Assembly (NCBI GenBank): GCA_018826905.1
Contig: JAHJYC010000004.1
Location: 207,988 to 271,987, forward strand
From: Patescibacteria group bacterium
GTDB lineage: Bacteria > Patescibacteriota > Minisyncoccia > Phycocordibacterales > Phycocordibacteraceae
Length of the DNA stretch: 64,000 nt
Direction of reading: 5' to 3'
Part shown: piece after piece, positions 19,325 to 28,644 of the stretch
Layout: every line of letters begins with the position of its first letter
Position numbering within the stretch: the stretch's first letter is position 1
Program-made: the position numbers and the translations under genes
The notes under the pieces: model-generated
The model's input: only the letters and a program-made list of their open reading frames with translations
Database searches by the model: none
What the model was told of the DNA's origin: nothing

Positions 19325-19827
19325 ACAGCGTGCATTCGTTCTTGTAATTCTTTTATCGCTCGGTGGATTCGTACAGAAATGGTGTTCGGTGCTTCTCCGA
19401 GCATCTCGGCAATTTCAGCAACCGGAAGTCCGTTCATATATCTGAGGGTAAGAAGTTCTTGAGTCTCTTCAGGAAGAGCTGCTACATGCTTCATAAGAAG
19501 TGAGTGCTCGCTTGCCTGTTCCGGACTAACATCTTGTTTGTCCTCTGGATCAAATCCCGCAATCTCTTGCATCTCATCAAGCGAAAAACTCTTTGAGCGG
19601 ACCGCTTCATTGGCGCATAGGTTATGGGCAGTCTTGTAAAGGAAGGCACGCAGGTGCTCTACCTCCTTCCCCATTTCAATATATGCCCATGTCCGCGTGA
19701 ACGTATCCTGCATAAGGTCTTGTGCTCGTTCGCGATCATACACCCGGAAGGCACAATAACGGAATATCTCGTCAGCATACTCATCATACGCTCGTATAAA
19801 GGTAGCTTCATCTATCTTCCGCTTCAT
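19321..19827 (-). CDS. RNA polymerase sigma-70 family ECF sigma factor
   Basis: Sigma region 2 (FIRAYDEYADEIFRYCAFRV...DLMQDTF) and region 4 helix-turn-helix (LLTLRYMNGLPVAEIAEMLG). Confidence 0.85.
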   Translation of the reverse strand: MKRKIDEATFIRAYDEYADEIFRYCAFRVYDRERAQDLMQDTFTRTWAYIEMGKEVEHLRAFLYKTAHNLCANEAVRSKSFSLDEMQEIAGFDPEDKQDVSPEQASEHSLLMKHVAALPEETQELLTLRYMNGLPVAEIAEMLGEAPNTISVRIHRAIKELQERMHAV

Positions 19828-19850
19828 ATAGGACAGGCAGCTACGACTTT

Positions 19851-19874
19851 TGTTACAAAGCTAGTTTTGTAACA
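19851..19874. promoter_or_regulatory. Perfect 9-bp inverted repeat TGTTACAAA-N6-TTTGTAACA just upstream of the ECF sigma gene (candidate operator or promoter element)
   Basis: Seen directly in the divergent intergenic region 19828..19986. Confidence 0.3.
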
Positions 19875-19986
19875 TTTTCTGACCTTACTGGTCTTATATA
19901 TATCCCTAAGCCTAAGAGCGGGGTTGCTGGTCTGAAACCTACACATTACAGGCATATCGTACCAGATTACTACTTAAACATTGATT

Positions 19987-21780
19987 ATGAAGCTTACTAA
20001 AAAAATAAGTTCTCAAGCAGCAGTACTCGGCCTTGTCGCCGTTTTGCTTCTTGGGAACACCGGTACGGCTCACGCACAAAGTGTGAATCCTGCCTTTACT
20101 CGCGACCTTACCAATAACTCTACTGGAGCTGATGTAACACAACTTCAGGCCTGGCTTATTGGAAAGGGATTTACTATTCCTGCTGGCGCAACAGGATTCT
20201 TTGGTCCACAGACTAAAGCAGCACTAGCGGTTTACCAAGCAGCAAACGGCATTAGCCCTGCAGTTGGATACTTTGGTCCAATTACACGAGCTAAGGTGAA
20301 TGCTGAAGCTAGCGTGCCAACCACCCCAACAACTCCAGATGACGAAGGATCTACTCCAACGGGAGATCTTAAAGGAGGCGAAGCTACTCTAAAAAGCTTT
20401 GATCTTCGTAGAGAAGATTCAAGCGGAAGTGAGGGTGAGGCAGGTGTGTCTGTTATGACCGCCGAGTTTAAAGTTGATGGAGGCGATGTACGCGTAGAGC
20501 GTCTTGACCTTGTCGCTACTGCAGACAACAGTGGTCTTGAGACAAAGCCATGGAAGTTCTTTGATCGCGCACTTATCCTTGTTGATGGAAAGGAGATTGC
20601 AAAGAAGTCTGTTTCAAGCAAAGCTGCATGGAGCAAGACCTCTGGAAACACCTATCGTCTTTCTCTCACAGGACTTAAGCAGATTGTTCGCGAGAACAGC
20701 ACTGCAAAGATAACAGTTGCATTTGATATCGGAGATGGTATTGATGCAGACGATCTTGATCAGACATTCACCTTCAAGATTGAAGACCGTGGTATTCGCG
20801 CTGTTGATTCTCTAGGTATCCAGCAGTACGTTGGAAACTCTTCAGACAGTCTCAGCTTCGGGTTTGACGATGCAAAGAATGGAGATATCTCTATTCGCAC
20901 GAACTCAGACAACCCTCGCGCAACGATTCTTGTTGCTGACGAGAGACGTGAGTCAGGCAACTACGAGGTGTTCACTTTTGACCTCAAGAATAAGGACGAT
21001 GTTGATTCCATCATCACTGACCTTACGATTGACGTCACTGGTATGAACTCTGAAGTTACTGCAAGCTCTGTTATCAAGAACGCAACACTTAAGGTCGGAC
21101 GTGACTCATTCAAGGGGCGCGTTACTGCTTCAGCACTTCAGTTTGATGATATTGAACTTGAAGTTGACGGAGACAAGACAACCACAGTGAAGCTTCTTGT
21201 AACACTTGCACGCAACGCAACATCAACCCCTATCATCTTCTCACTCGTTAACACCAATGTTGACGCTGAGGGAGCAAGGAGCGGTGATCGCGCGCAGGTA
21301 TCAGGTTCAGTTGAAAGTAAGACACACACCATTGCATTCGCTGGAGTTGATGTCGCACCAGTATCAACTTCTCAGGCAGTGTTCACTCCTGGAGGAGATG
21401 CATCTGGCACTTACGGATCCTACACTCTTAAGTTCAAGGTTACTGGTCTAAAGGAGGATGCATATATCGCTTCTACGACTGATAGCACTGGAACAGTTGG
21501 AGTTACCTACGAGATTGATGGTACTGAGTACACAGGTACAACATCAGCTGTGTTGAGCTCTTCTGCTCGCACACAGGATGGGTACTACCTCGTTCGTGAC
21601 GGCAGCACTGAGACGTTCACCCTTACGGTAACGCTCAACCCAGACACTGCAGGAACGTTTGGTGTCCGCATTGTAAGCATCCGCTTCAATGATGACTCAA
21701 ACTTTACTGACAGTACGCTCTTCACGGTAAGCCAAAACGATACCGGCTTCCGCACTGATCCTATCTACATCGCCAACTAA
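19987..21780 (+). CDS. Secreted protein with an N-terminal peptidoglycan-binding domain and C-terminal beta-rich repeats (paralogous domain shared with 51536..53779)
   Basis: Signal peptide; PG_binding_1-like segment (ADVTQLQAWLIGKGF...GPQTKAALAVYQ); C-terminal domain containing ...GDTETFTLTVTL... also found in the 782-aa protein. The ATG at 19987 is chosen. Confidence 0.6.
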   Translation: MKLTKKISSQAAVLGLVAVLLLGNTGTAHAQSVNPAFTRDLTNNSTGADVTQLQAWLIGKGFTIPAGATGFFGPQTKAALAVYQAANGISPAVGYFGPITRAKVNAEASVPTTPTTPDDEGSTPTGDLKGGEATLKSFDLRREDSSGSEGEAGVSVMTAEFKVDGGDVRVERLDLVATADNSGLETKPWKFFDRALILVDGKEIAKKSVSSKAAWSKTSGNTYRLSLTGLKQIVRENSTAKITVAFDIGDGIDADDLDQTFTFKIEDRGIRAVDSLGIQQYVGNSSDSLSFGFDDAKNGDISIRTNSDNPRATILVADERRESGNYEVFTFDLKNKDDVDSIITDLTIDVTGMNSEVTASSVIKNATLKVGRDSFKGRVTASALQFDDIELEVDGDKTTTVKLLVTLARNATSTPIIFSLVNTNVDAEGARSGDRAQVSGSVESKTHTIAFAGVDVAPVSTSQAVFTPGGDASGTYGSYTLKFKVTGLKEDAYIASTTDSTGTVGVTYEIDGTEYTGTTSAVLSSSARTQDGYYLVRDGSTETFTLTVTLNPDTAGTFGVRIVSIRFNDDSNFTDSTLFTVSQNDTGFRTDPIYIAN

Positions 21781-21794
21781 GGCAACTAGATACA

Positions 21795-21835
21795 GATACG
21801 AAAACACCCCGCCAAAAACGGGGTGTTTTCGTATC
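21795..21835. terminator. Strong bidirectional intrinsic terminator (17-bp stem)
   Basis: GATACGAAAACACCCCG-ccaaaaa-CGGGGTGTTTTCGTATC. Confidence 0.75.
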
Positions 21836-21842
21836 TCCTAAG

Positions 21843-23498
21843 CTAGTTCCTTAGATACACTTCGTACTTAGTTGTGTGGCTACTTGTTGTTGCTGGAATG
21901 CGTGCTGGGTACCCTCCAGACACCCAATTCACATAAAACTTAGCGTACCCTGCTGCAGTGTCGTACAACCAGAATTTCTCCTGTCCTAGATCTCGTGACC
22001 AATCTCCTGCAAGATCCGGTCCCCCAGAAGGAAGCGTGAGTCGTATCGCATACGGGTGTTCCGTACTGTACATGATTCCAGTGTCTGCTTTTTGATTCAG
22101 GTTATACACCCCTCCTGTGTAGTTAAGAGTATACGGAGTACTGGTACCAATCTGCGCGCGATTGAATCCACTTCCATCCAATGCCCCCGTTGAAGGGAGT
22201 AGGCTCGGATAAAAGTTATACAGTTCATATCCTGGAAGGAAGTGGTGCTCATGTGAAATGTCCATCCCATCTTTTGTGAACACATGTGAGAGCGTTGAGG
22301 AGCCAACTACAATTGAGTTGTTCTTTGGAAGCAAGGTCTCCAAAGACTGCGCAATGGTAAATGTATCTCCGGTTCTATATTCTCCAACCGGAATGTTTGC
22401 CACATCAACTCCGTCTAGCGTAAATGATGCTGAGAGTGGATTCTCATCCCCATGAGCACTTCCATAGTCTCCCCAATTAGCTGCCCCAGCTGGATCCCCC
22501 GCCACCCCAAGGAACCCTGCATATTCCCAAACTGATGCAGTGTTTGCGAGCATGCGTGGCACGGTAACACCAGTGAAATCAAGAATTCTGAGACCCTGAA
22601 TGTTCCATACTCCCTTCGCTACTTTCCTAAACGTATATTCTGCATATGTTGCTTCTTCAGCATCAGGGACTTGTACGCGCGCAAGATATTCTGACTGTCC
22701 ACTACGCACGAGCATAACTGGGTTAAGTGTCGCAGTTACATCATTCTTATCAAGAAGGATTTGAGCAGGGGTCCTGATGTAATCGTAAATTTTAACTTCA
22801 TCTATACCTCCCTGGAAAAACTGTGCTCCCGCTGCAGAGTGCCAGTTCCCAAATGTGAGATTAGAAAGCGCATCGCTGACGTAGGTACCTGAACCAGGAA
22901 TCTGCAAGCCATAGGACACCTCCGTACCATTCACATATATCTTTGCCGTCTTATCTGTGGCGCTCCACGTAACAGTGAGATGACTCCATGTGTTTGGAGA
23001 AATAGTATTTGGAGCAGCGATATATGTTGCACGGGTTCCAGAATGATACACGTCTAAGCGTGGATTACAGGATCCTCCGCTTCCATACAAATAAAACCCT
23101 ACCGGTCCTCCGTTACTCTTACCCGCAAGATGACGCACTGAGTTACAAGACGTTGGGTTTATCCACGCAGATATTGTTACGTCGTGTACAAACAAATCGT
23201 TTATAGCTGATGGCCTCCCAAAATTTATTGCGTCATTAATTCCATCAAATAGAAGTGCCTTTCCTTTTGCACCAGTACTCATCCACCCACTTGTTGCTGT
23301 TGCTGGGTCTGCGATGTTCGTGAGTACTCCAGGAACAGAAGTCATTGCACTGTTTGAAACTGTTGTGCCGGCACCCTCTTCAAACTTCCAGAAGCCAACA
23401 GGAGCTCCTGATGCTTGAACGGAACCCATAACTGAAAATAAAAGAACTCCTACGAAAGATGCACGGAGTATAAATGAAAACATAGGTGAAATATTCAT
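21843..23498 (-). CDS. Secreted concanavalin-A-like lectin/glucanase (LamG-like) domain protein
   Basis: Signal peptide; LamG signature (ALLFDGINDAINFG...VTISAWINP...IYVNGTEV). Confidence 0.6.
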   Translation of the reverse strand: MNISPMFSFILRASFVGVLLFSVMGSVQASGAPVGFWKFEEGAGTTVSNSAMTSVPGVLTNIADPATATSGWMSTGAKGKALLFDGINDAINFGRPSAINDLFVHDVTISAWINPTSCNSVRHLAGKSNGGPVGFYLYGSGGSCNPRLDVYHSGTRATYIAAPNTISPNTWSHLTVTWSATDKTAKIYVNGTEVSYGLQIPGSGTYVSDALSNLTFGNWHSAAGAQFFQGGIDEVKIYDYIRTPAQILLDKNDVTATLNPVMLVRSGQSEYLARVQVPDAEEATYAEYTFRKVAKGVWNIQGLRILDFTGVTVPRMLANTASVWEYAGFLGVAGDPAGAANWGDYGSAHGDENPLSASFTLDGVDVANIPVGEYRTGDTFTIAQSLETLLPKNNSIVVGSSTLSHVFTKDGMDISHEHHFLPGYELYNFYPSLLPSTGALDGSGFNRAQIGTSTPYTLNYTGGVYNLNQKADTGIMYSTEHPYAIRLTLPSGGPDLAGDWSRDLGQEKFWLYDTAAGYAKFYVNWVSGGYPARIPATTSSHTTKYEVYLRN

Positions 23499-23625
23499 TA
23501 GACTAATGCTGCTCAGGTAGAGTGTAGCAGATGCTCTAAAAGGAACTTTCAGACGAGGGTTTGCGGTTAAACGTAGCGTACTAGCAGGATTTCTTTTAAT
23601 CTCTGACAGACTGATTACCTGTCCA

Positions 23626-23656
23626 CAGAAAACGGCACCGTGTGGTGCCGTTTTCT
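23626..23656. terminator. Intrinsic terminator downstream of nirK
   Basis: AAAACGGCACC-gtgt-GGTGCCGTTTT. Confidence 0.6.
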
Positions 23657-23737
23657 AAACTAGTTGATAGGGCCGGATTGGTTGCCCAATTCTCAAAACA
23701 GATTGAATTGTTTGTTTCTGAACACCGCGCACCGCTA

Positions 23738-24958
23738 TTAGTGCCCGTACCCTTCTATGATAGCTCCGTCATATATCTCCTTATTCTCTTCACCAGATAC
23801 CTGCAACACTCCCCACGCACCCCGGTCTACCCGCGCTAACGCATGGTCAACGAAGATGTAGTTTCCTGGGACTTGAGTGTCGAATTCGACAACAGTCGCT
23901 CCGCCTGCCGGAACGAGTGTTGTTTGGACATTGGTGTGAGGCTCGGATGTGAGTGAGGCTTCAGGGAAGACTCGATCAAACACTTCGCCAATCAGGTGAA
24001 ACGAGGAGATGAGATTTACACCTCCGTTGCCCATGTAGATACGCGCAGTCTCTCCTGTTTTCATCTGCATCTTGTCCATGAGACCGTTCGTCTTCCCGTT
24101 AAAGACGATGTAGGTCGGCTGACCCGCGAGCATCGCCTCTGCATCAAAGAGTTGGATACCCTTGCGGCCCATGCCGCCTGAGGCATAGAACTCGCCCTGC
24201 ATAACGTAATATTCATGATCCACTGCCGGCAGACCCTCCTCAGGCTCGACGAGAATGAGACCGTACATGCCATGGGTCATATGGTTCGCGACGTTCGGAG
24301 TGGCGCAGTGATAGACGAAGAGACCGGGATGAAGTGCCTTGAACGTCACGGTTGCGGACTCTCCCGGAGCGACCATGGTAGAGACTGCGCCACCACCAGG
24401 ACCAGTGACGGCATGCAGGTCGATGTTGTGATAATGCAGACTTGTCGGATCGTTATGTAGTGTCAGCTCCACCGTATCCCCTTCCCGCACCCGAATCATT
24501 GGTCCGGGTATCTGTCCATCGAAGGTCCAATAGTTTATGAATACTCCCGGTGCCATTTCGGCTATAACTTCTTTCGTTGTGAGTTCCACCTTCACGAGCT
24601 CAGGTTCTGTGCGCGTAACAGGCACCGGCACGTCGTTTGGATCGCGAGCAATGTTCGCAACGCGTTCAAACTTGTCAAAGTTCCCGAAGAACTTAAGGAC
24701 GCTTCCGAGAGACAGTACCGGCCCCTCGGCAGGACCATAGGTCTTGAGGAAGAATGGATATTCGAATCCACGCGGCAGTCCATGTGGCGCATAGAAGAAT
24801 ATCGACACACCGAGGAATACAGCAACGAGTGTAACAGTAAGCCATGTCGAGTGAAGCTTTCGCAGCACGAGGTATAGAAAGACTCCTGCGAAGATGAACG
24901 CTATGAAGAGACCGAACCATTCGACGAGTACTGTGCGGAGCAGATAAATAATTTCCAT
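23738..24958 (-). CDS. nirK: Copper-containing nitrite reductase NirK, with an N-terminal transmembrane anchor
   Basis: Type-1 and type-2 copper ligand motifs (LHYHNIDLHAVTGPGGGA and FVYHCATPNVANHMTHGMYGLILVEP); two cupredoxin domains; an N-terminal hydrophobic helix of about 50 aa. Confidence 0.85.
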   Translation of the reverse strand: MEIIYLLRTVLVEWFGLFIAFIFAGVFLYLVLRKLHSTWLTVTLVAVFLGVSIFFYAPHGLPRGFEYPFFLKTYGPAEGPVLSLGSVLKFFGNFDKFERVANIARDPNDVPVPVTRTEPELVKVELTTKEVIAEMAPGVFINYWTFDGQIPGPMIRVREGDTVELTLHNDPTSLHYHNIDLHAVTGPGGGAVSTMVAPGESATVTFKALHPGLFVYHCATPNVANHMTHGMYGLILVEPEEGLPAVDHEYYVMQGEFYASGGMGRKGIQLFDAEAMLAGQPTYIVFNGKTNGLMDKMQMKTGETARIYMGNGGVNLISSFHLIGEVFDRVFPEASLTSEPHTNVQTTLVPAGGATVVEFDTQVPGNYIFVDHALARVDRGAWGVLQVSGEENKEIYDGAIIEGYGH

Positions 24959-24967
24959 GAGAAAGGA

Positions 24968-25312
24968 TTAGTAGGGTATCTTGCACTCATCAAAGCAGTG
25001 CGCATCGCGATTCAGGCTATAGATGCGTTCACGACCTGAATCAATACTTGCAACTGCATCGACTGAACGTAATACGTTCAGGTGATGGGTAATGGTTGGC
25101 TGTTGTAGCTCGAGCTCTGCGGTCAGCTCAGTAACGGTCATTCCCTCCTTGGCCTTTCCAAGAAGGCAGACGAGCTGATACCGACTACGGCTCCCTACCA
25201 CCTTGAAGCAATCGGGGCAAAGCTCCTCTTCAGCACTATCTACCCACGACGGACGCTTGTACGTGCGCTCCGCAGCTACTTTCTTAGTTGTCCCCACCTT
25301 TTTCTTATTCAT
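24968..25312 (-). CDS. ArsR/SmtB-family transcriptional regulator
   Basis: Winged helix-turn-helix (MTVTELTAELELQQPTITHHLNVLRSVDAV); Cys pairs (CPDC, CFDEC) suggest metal sensing. Confidence 0.8.
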   Translation of the reverse strand: MNKKKVGTTKKVAAERTYKRPSWVDSAEEELCPDCFKVVGSRSRYQLVCLLGKAKEGMTVTELTAELELQQPTITHHLNVLRSVDAVASIDSGRERIYSLNRDAHCFDECKIPY

Positions 25313-25377
25313 AGACAGTCATCTATTGATACACTAATAAACCCATAGACACTTATCAATATATCATCATCTTCGCT

Positions 25378-27663
25378 ATGCCACGAACAGAATCCCCAGT
25401 TATAGAATCAGTCATTAAGAGAGACGGAACGATTGTCTCGTTCGAGCGAACGAAGATAGAGAACGCAATCGCAAAAGCGCTCGAGGCAACCGGCGAAGGA
25501 TCGCGTGAGCAATCCAAAGTCATCGCAGAATCGGTTGTAAACTCACTGAGCAACACGCTACGAGCAGACGCTCGGACAATTCCCTCGGTGGAAGAGGTGC
25601 AGGACAGCGTTGAGACCGAACTCATGAAGGCAGGGTTCGGCGCGACTGCCAAGGCATACATTTTGTATCGCGTGCACCACGCCAAGTTGCGGGAAGCTTC
25701 CTCTGAGGTGTCCCCTTCCATACGAGCCATAGTCGCTGAAAGCAAGAAGTATTTTTCCAATCAACTTTCTGAGTTCGTCTATTACAGCACGTACTCCCGC
25801 TGGCTCGATGATGCGGGACGCCGTGAGGCATGGGTTGAGACGGTTAACCGCTATGTAGCATTCATGCGCGAGAATCTAGGAGACACGCTCCTAGAAAACG
25901 AGTACGCAGAGATACGCGAGAACATGCTAGCAATGAAAGCAATGGGCTCAATGCGTCTCCTATGGAGCGCAGGAGCACCTGCACGCGCATCGAACGTCTG
26001 CGTGTACAATTGCTCGTTCATCGCACCAGCCACTTGGCAGGATTTTGCTGAGATTATGTATATATCCATGTGCGGCACCGGCGTCGGCTTCTCTGTCGAA
26101 CGTCAGACCGTTAAGATGTTGCCACGTATTGAACCGCAGACAGGAGAAATACTTGCTGAATATATAATAGAAGATTGCAAAGAAGGCTGGGCGGATGCAC
26201 TTGCCCATGGACTCACTGCCTGGTCTTCTGGAAAGGACGTTTCGTTCAACTACGAATATATCCGACCGCGCGGCGCAAGACTGCGTACTATGGGAGGGCG
26301 GGCGTCGGGCCCTGAGCCGCTCAGGAACCTGCTCGACTTCGCTCGCGAGCGCATGCTCGAGCGCCAGGGTCGACACCTCTCGACGCTCGACGTACATGAC
26401 CTTGTCTGCAAGATAGGCGAGATTGTCGTTGCGGGTGGAGTGCGAAGAAGTGCCTTGATTTCCCTCTCCGATCTCGACGATATGGAGATGCGCGAGGCAA
26501 AGAACGGCCAGTTCTATGTTACCCAGCCGCAACGTGCCATGGCGAACAATTCCGCCGTCTATAACGAGAAGCCAAGCGCGATTGCGTTCATGGAGGAGTG
26601 GCTGAACCTCGCACGAAGCGGGTCTGGAGAACGCGGCATTTTTAATCGCGGAAGTCTCAAGGGGCAGCTGCCCGAGCGTCGGTGGCCTCTTTTTGAGAAA
26701 GATGCTGCGCAAAGCGGCACCAATCCATGCGGCGAGATAATTTTGAAATCAAAACAGTTCTGCAATCTAAGCGAGGTCGTCGTGCGCCCAGAGGACACGC
26801 TAGAAACTCTAAAAGAGAAAGTGCGTATTGCGACCATACTTGGAACCTACCAAGCATCTTTGACCTCTTTCCCCTATCTCTCACCTGAGTGGAAGAAGAA
26901 CTGCGAGGAAGAGGCTCTGCTGGGAGTTTCCATGACCGGCCAGTGGGATAACCTCGCTGTACGCGATTCTGCTGCACAGAGTGCTCTTAAGGAAGTCGCG
27001 CTCGAAACTAACAGAATCTATGCCAAGCGGTTCGGCATCAATCCGTCCACTGCAATAACCGCTGTAAAACCGTCAGGGAACGGTTCGCAGCTCTTTGATT
27101 GTGCATCAGGCATGCATCCACGACATGCAAAATATTATCTGCGTCGTGTCCGGATAGAAGGACACAATCCGCTCAAGCGGCTTCTTGAGGACGCTGGGGT
27201 TCCCTGCGTGCCGGAAGTTGGGCAGACGAAAGATACTGCAACAACCTGGGTGCTTGAGTTCCCGATTAAAGCTCCAGAAGACGCCGCTGTGAAGGGTGAC
27301 CACACAGCACTCGACCAGCTCGAGTACTGGAAGATGGTGAAGGAGAACTATTGCGAGCACAATCCGTCGGTTACGGTAACGATCGCTGACGACGAGTGGC
27401 TCGCGGTCGGCAATTGGGTATACGCGCACTGGGATATTGTTGGCGGTCTCTCATTCCTTCCGAAAAGCGAACACGTGTACCAGCTCGCTCCCTATGAGGA
27501 AATCAGCAAGGAACGGTATCTTGAGCTTGCATCCACATTCCCTGACATAGACTTCGCACGGTTAGTCCAGTACGAAACGAGCGATACGACCACCGGAGCG
27601 AAGGAACTCGCTTGCGTATCGGGAACATGCGAGGTTGACGTGCTTACTGCACCCACATCATAA
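25378..27663 (+). CDS. nrdJ: Adenosylcobalamin-dependent ribonucleotide reductase (class II, NrdJ/RTPR-like) with an N-terminal ATP-cone
   Basis: ATP-cone (VIKRDGTIVSFERTKIENAIAKA); class II thiyl-radical loop (NPCGEIILKS); C-terminal Cys pair (ACVSGTC) as in the L. leichmannii RTPR tail. Confidence 0.85.
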   Translation: MPRTESPVIESVIKRDGTIVSFERTKIENAIAKALEATGEGSREQSKVIAESVVNSLSNTLRADARTIPSVEEVQDSVETELMKAGFGATAKAYILYRVHHAKLREASSEVSPSIRAIVAESKKYFSNQLSEFVYYSTYSRWLDDAGRREAWVETVNRYVAFMRENLGDTLLENEYAEIRENMLAMKAMGSMRLLWSAGAPARASNVCVYNCSFIAPATWQDFAEIMYISMCGTGVGFSVERQTVKMLPRIEPQTGEILAEYIIEDCKEGWADALAHGLTAWSSGKDVSFNYEYIRPRGARLRTMGGRASGPEPLRNLLDFARERMLERQGRHLSTLDVHDLVCKIGEIVVAGGVRRSALISLSDLDDMEMREAKNGQFYVTQPQRAMANNSAVYNEKPSAIAFMEEWLNLARSGSGERGIFNRGSLKGQLPERRWPLFEKDAAQSGTNPCGEIILKSKQFCNLSEVVVRPEDTLETLKEKVRIATILGTYQASLTSFPYLSPEWKKNCEEEALLGVSMTGQWDNLAVRDSAAQSALKEVALETNRIYAKRFGINPSTAITAVKPSGNGSQLFDCASGMHPRHAKYYLRRVRIEGHNPLKRLLEDAGVPCVPEVGQTKDTATTWVLEFPIKAPEDAAVKGDHTALDQLEYWKMVKENYCEHNPSVTVTIADDEWLAVGNWVYAHWDIVGGLSFLPKSEHVYQLAPYEEISKERYLELASTFPDIDFARLVQYETSDTTTGAKELACVSGTCEVDVLTAPTS

Positions 27664-27668
27664 GCACC

Positions 27669-28214
27669 ATGAAAAATCCTTCCCTGTCGCTCACCACTCA
27701 GATCCTGCTCTTGCTCGTGCTCCTCATGATCGGCATCGGTTCTCGGTTCCTGCCGCATCCGCCATCAGCCACGGCACTGACTGCCGTCATGTTTGCCAGT
27801 GCCCTGTACCTACGACCCCACCTAACCATTGCGCTTACTTTGTTGCTTCTGTTGTGGTCAGACATGACACTGGGGAGCTACGAACTACCAGTGATGGCTT
27901 CGGTATATGGATCGTTCCTGATAATCGCAGGCTTCGGGATGTGGTTCGCGCGCACGAAGAACATCGGTGGACGAGTACTCATGCTCGCGAGCTCTTCGGT
28001 CCTGTTCTTTCTCATAACAAATGCAGCTATCTGGTATTTCACCCCTTGGTACGCAAAGGACATAAGCGGACTCATGCTGTCCTACTCGCTCGGCCTCCCG
28101 TTCTTGAAGAACATGCTCCTTGCTGACTTCCTCTACACGCCGGCTTTGATCGCCGCACTTGCGCTCGTCTTTAGTTCGAGTCCAGCACCTAAAACTTCCT
28201 TGTATGTATCGTAA
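27669..28214 (+). CDS. Small multi-pass membrane protein (possible ECF-type S-component or vitamin-uptake protein)
   Basis: 181 aa with five or six transmembrane helices; it starts 5 nt after nrdJ and overlaps the next gene. The function is inferred from genomic context only. Confidence 0.35.
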   Translation: MKNPSLSLTTQILLLLVLLMIGIGSRFLPHPPSATALTAVMFASALYLRPHLTIALTLLLLLWSDMTLGSYELPVMASVYGSFLIIAGFGMWFARTKNIGGRVLMLASSSVLFFLITNAAIWYFTPWYAKDISGLMLSYSLGLPFLKNMLLADFLYTPALIAALALVFSSSPAPKTSLYVS

Positions 28215-28644
28215 ATGGACACTCATTGTTGCGGGCATACTTGCTATTGCATCCACTGCACTCATACTCTTTTCTTCTTATGAGCGAGCAGTTGAGTTGT
28301 CGCCATCTCAAGACGTATCGGAAGAAGTCTCTAATGAAATACCGCTGCGTCAGGAATCAGTAGCTGAAGAGGTTGCTCCAGCGATACCCGCTCGCACACA
28401 TGTTCTTATTGCGGATACGGCTGGCACCGTGGAGTCCTCAATGCAGAAAGAGTATGAAAGAGGGTCGCTCGTGTATACGAGCACTTCATATCCGACACTC
28501 GGATCATTCTTGGAGTCTATTAATGGACTGAAGAACGAGAATGGTTTCTATTGGATGCTCTACATAAACGGATCATCCGCTTCTGTTGGAATGTCCCAAG
28601 CGTATGTGGTACCTGGCGATCTAATCGAATGGCGCTATGAATAA
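28204..28644 (+). CDS. Membrane-anchored DUF4430-like (transcobalamin beta-domain-like) protein
   Basis: N-terminal transmembrane segment; C-terminal YWMLYINGSSASVGMSQAYVVPGDLIEWRYE pattern reminiscent of DUF4430. The ATG at 28204 is chosen. Confidence 0.45.
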   Translation: MYRKWTLIVAGILAIASTALILFSSYERAVELSPSQDVSEEVSNEIPLRQESVAEEVAPAIPARTHVLIADTAGTVESSMQKEYERGSLVYTSTSYPTLGSFLESINGLKNENGFYWMLYINGSSASVGMSQAYVVPGDLIEWRYE

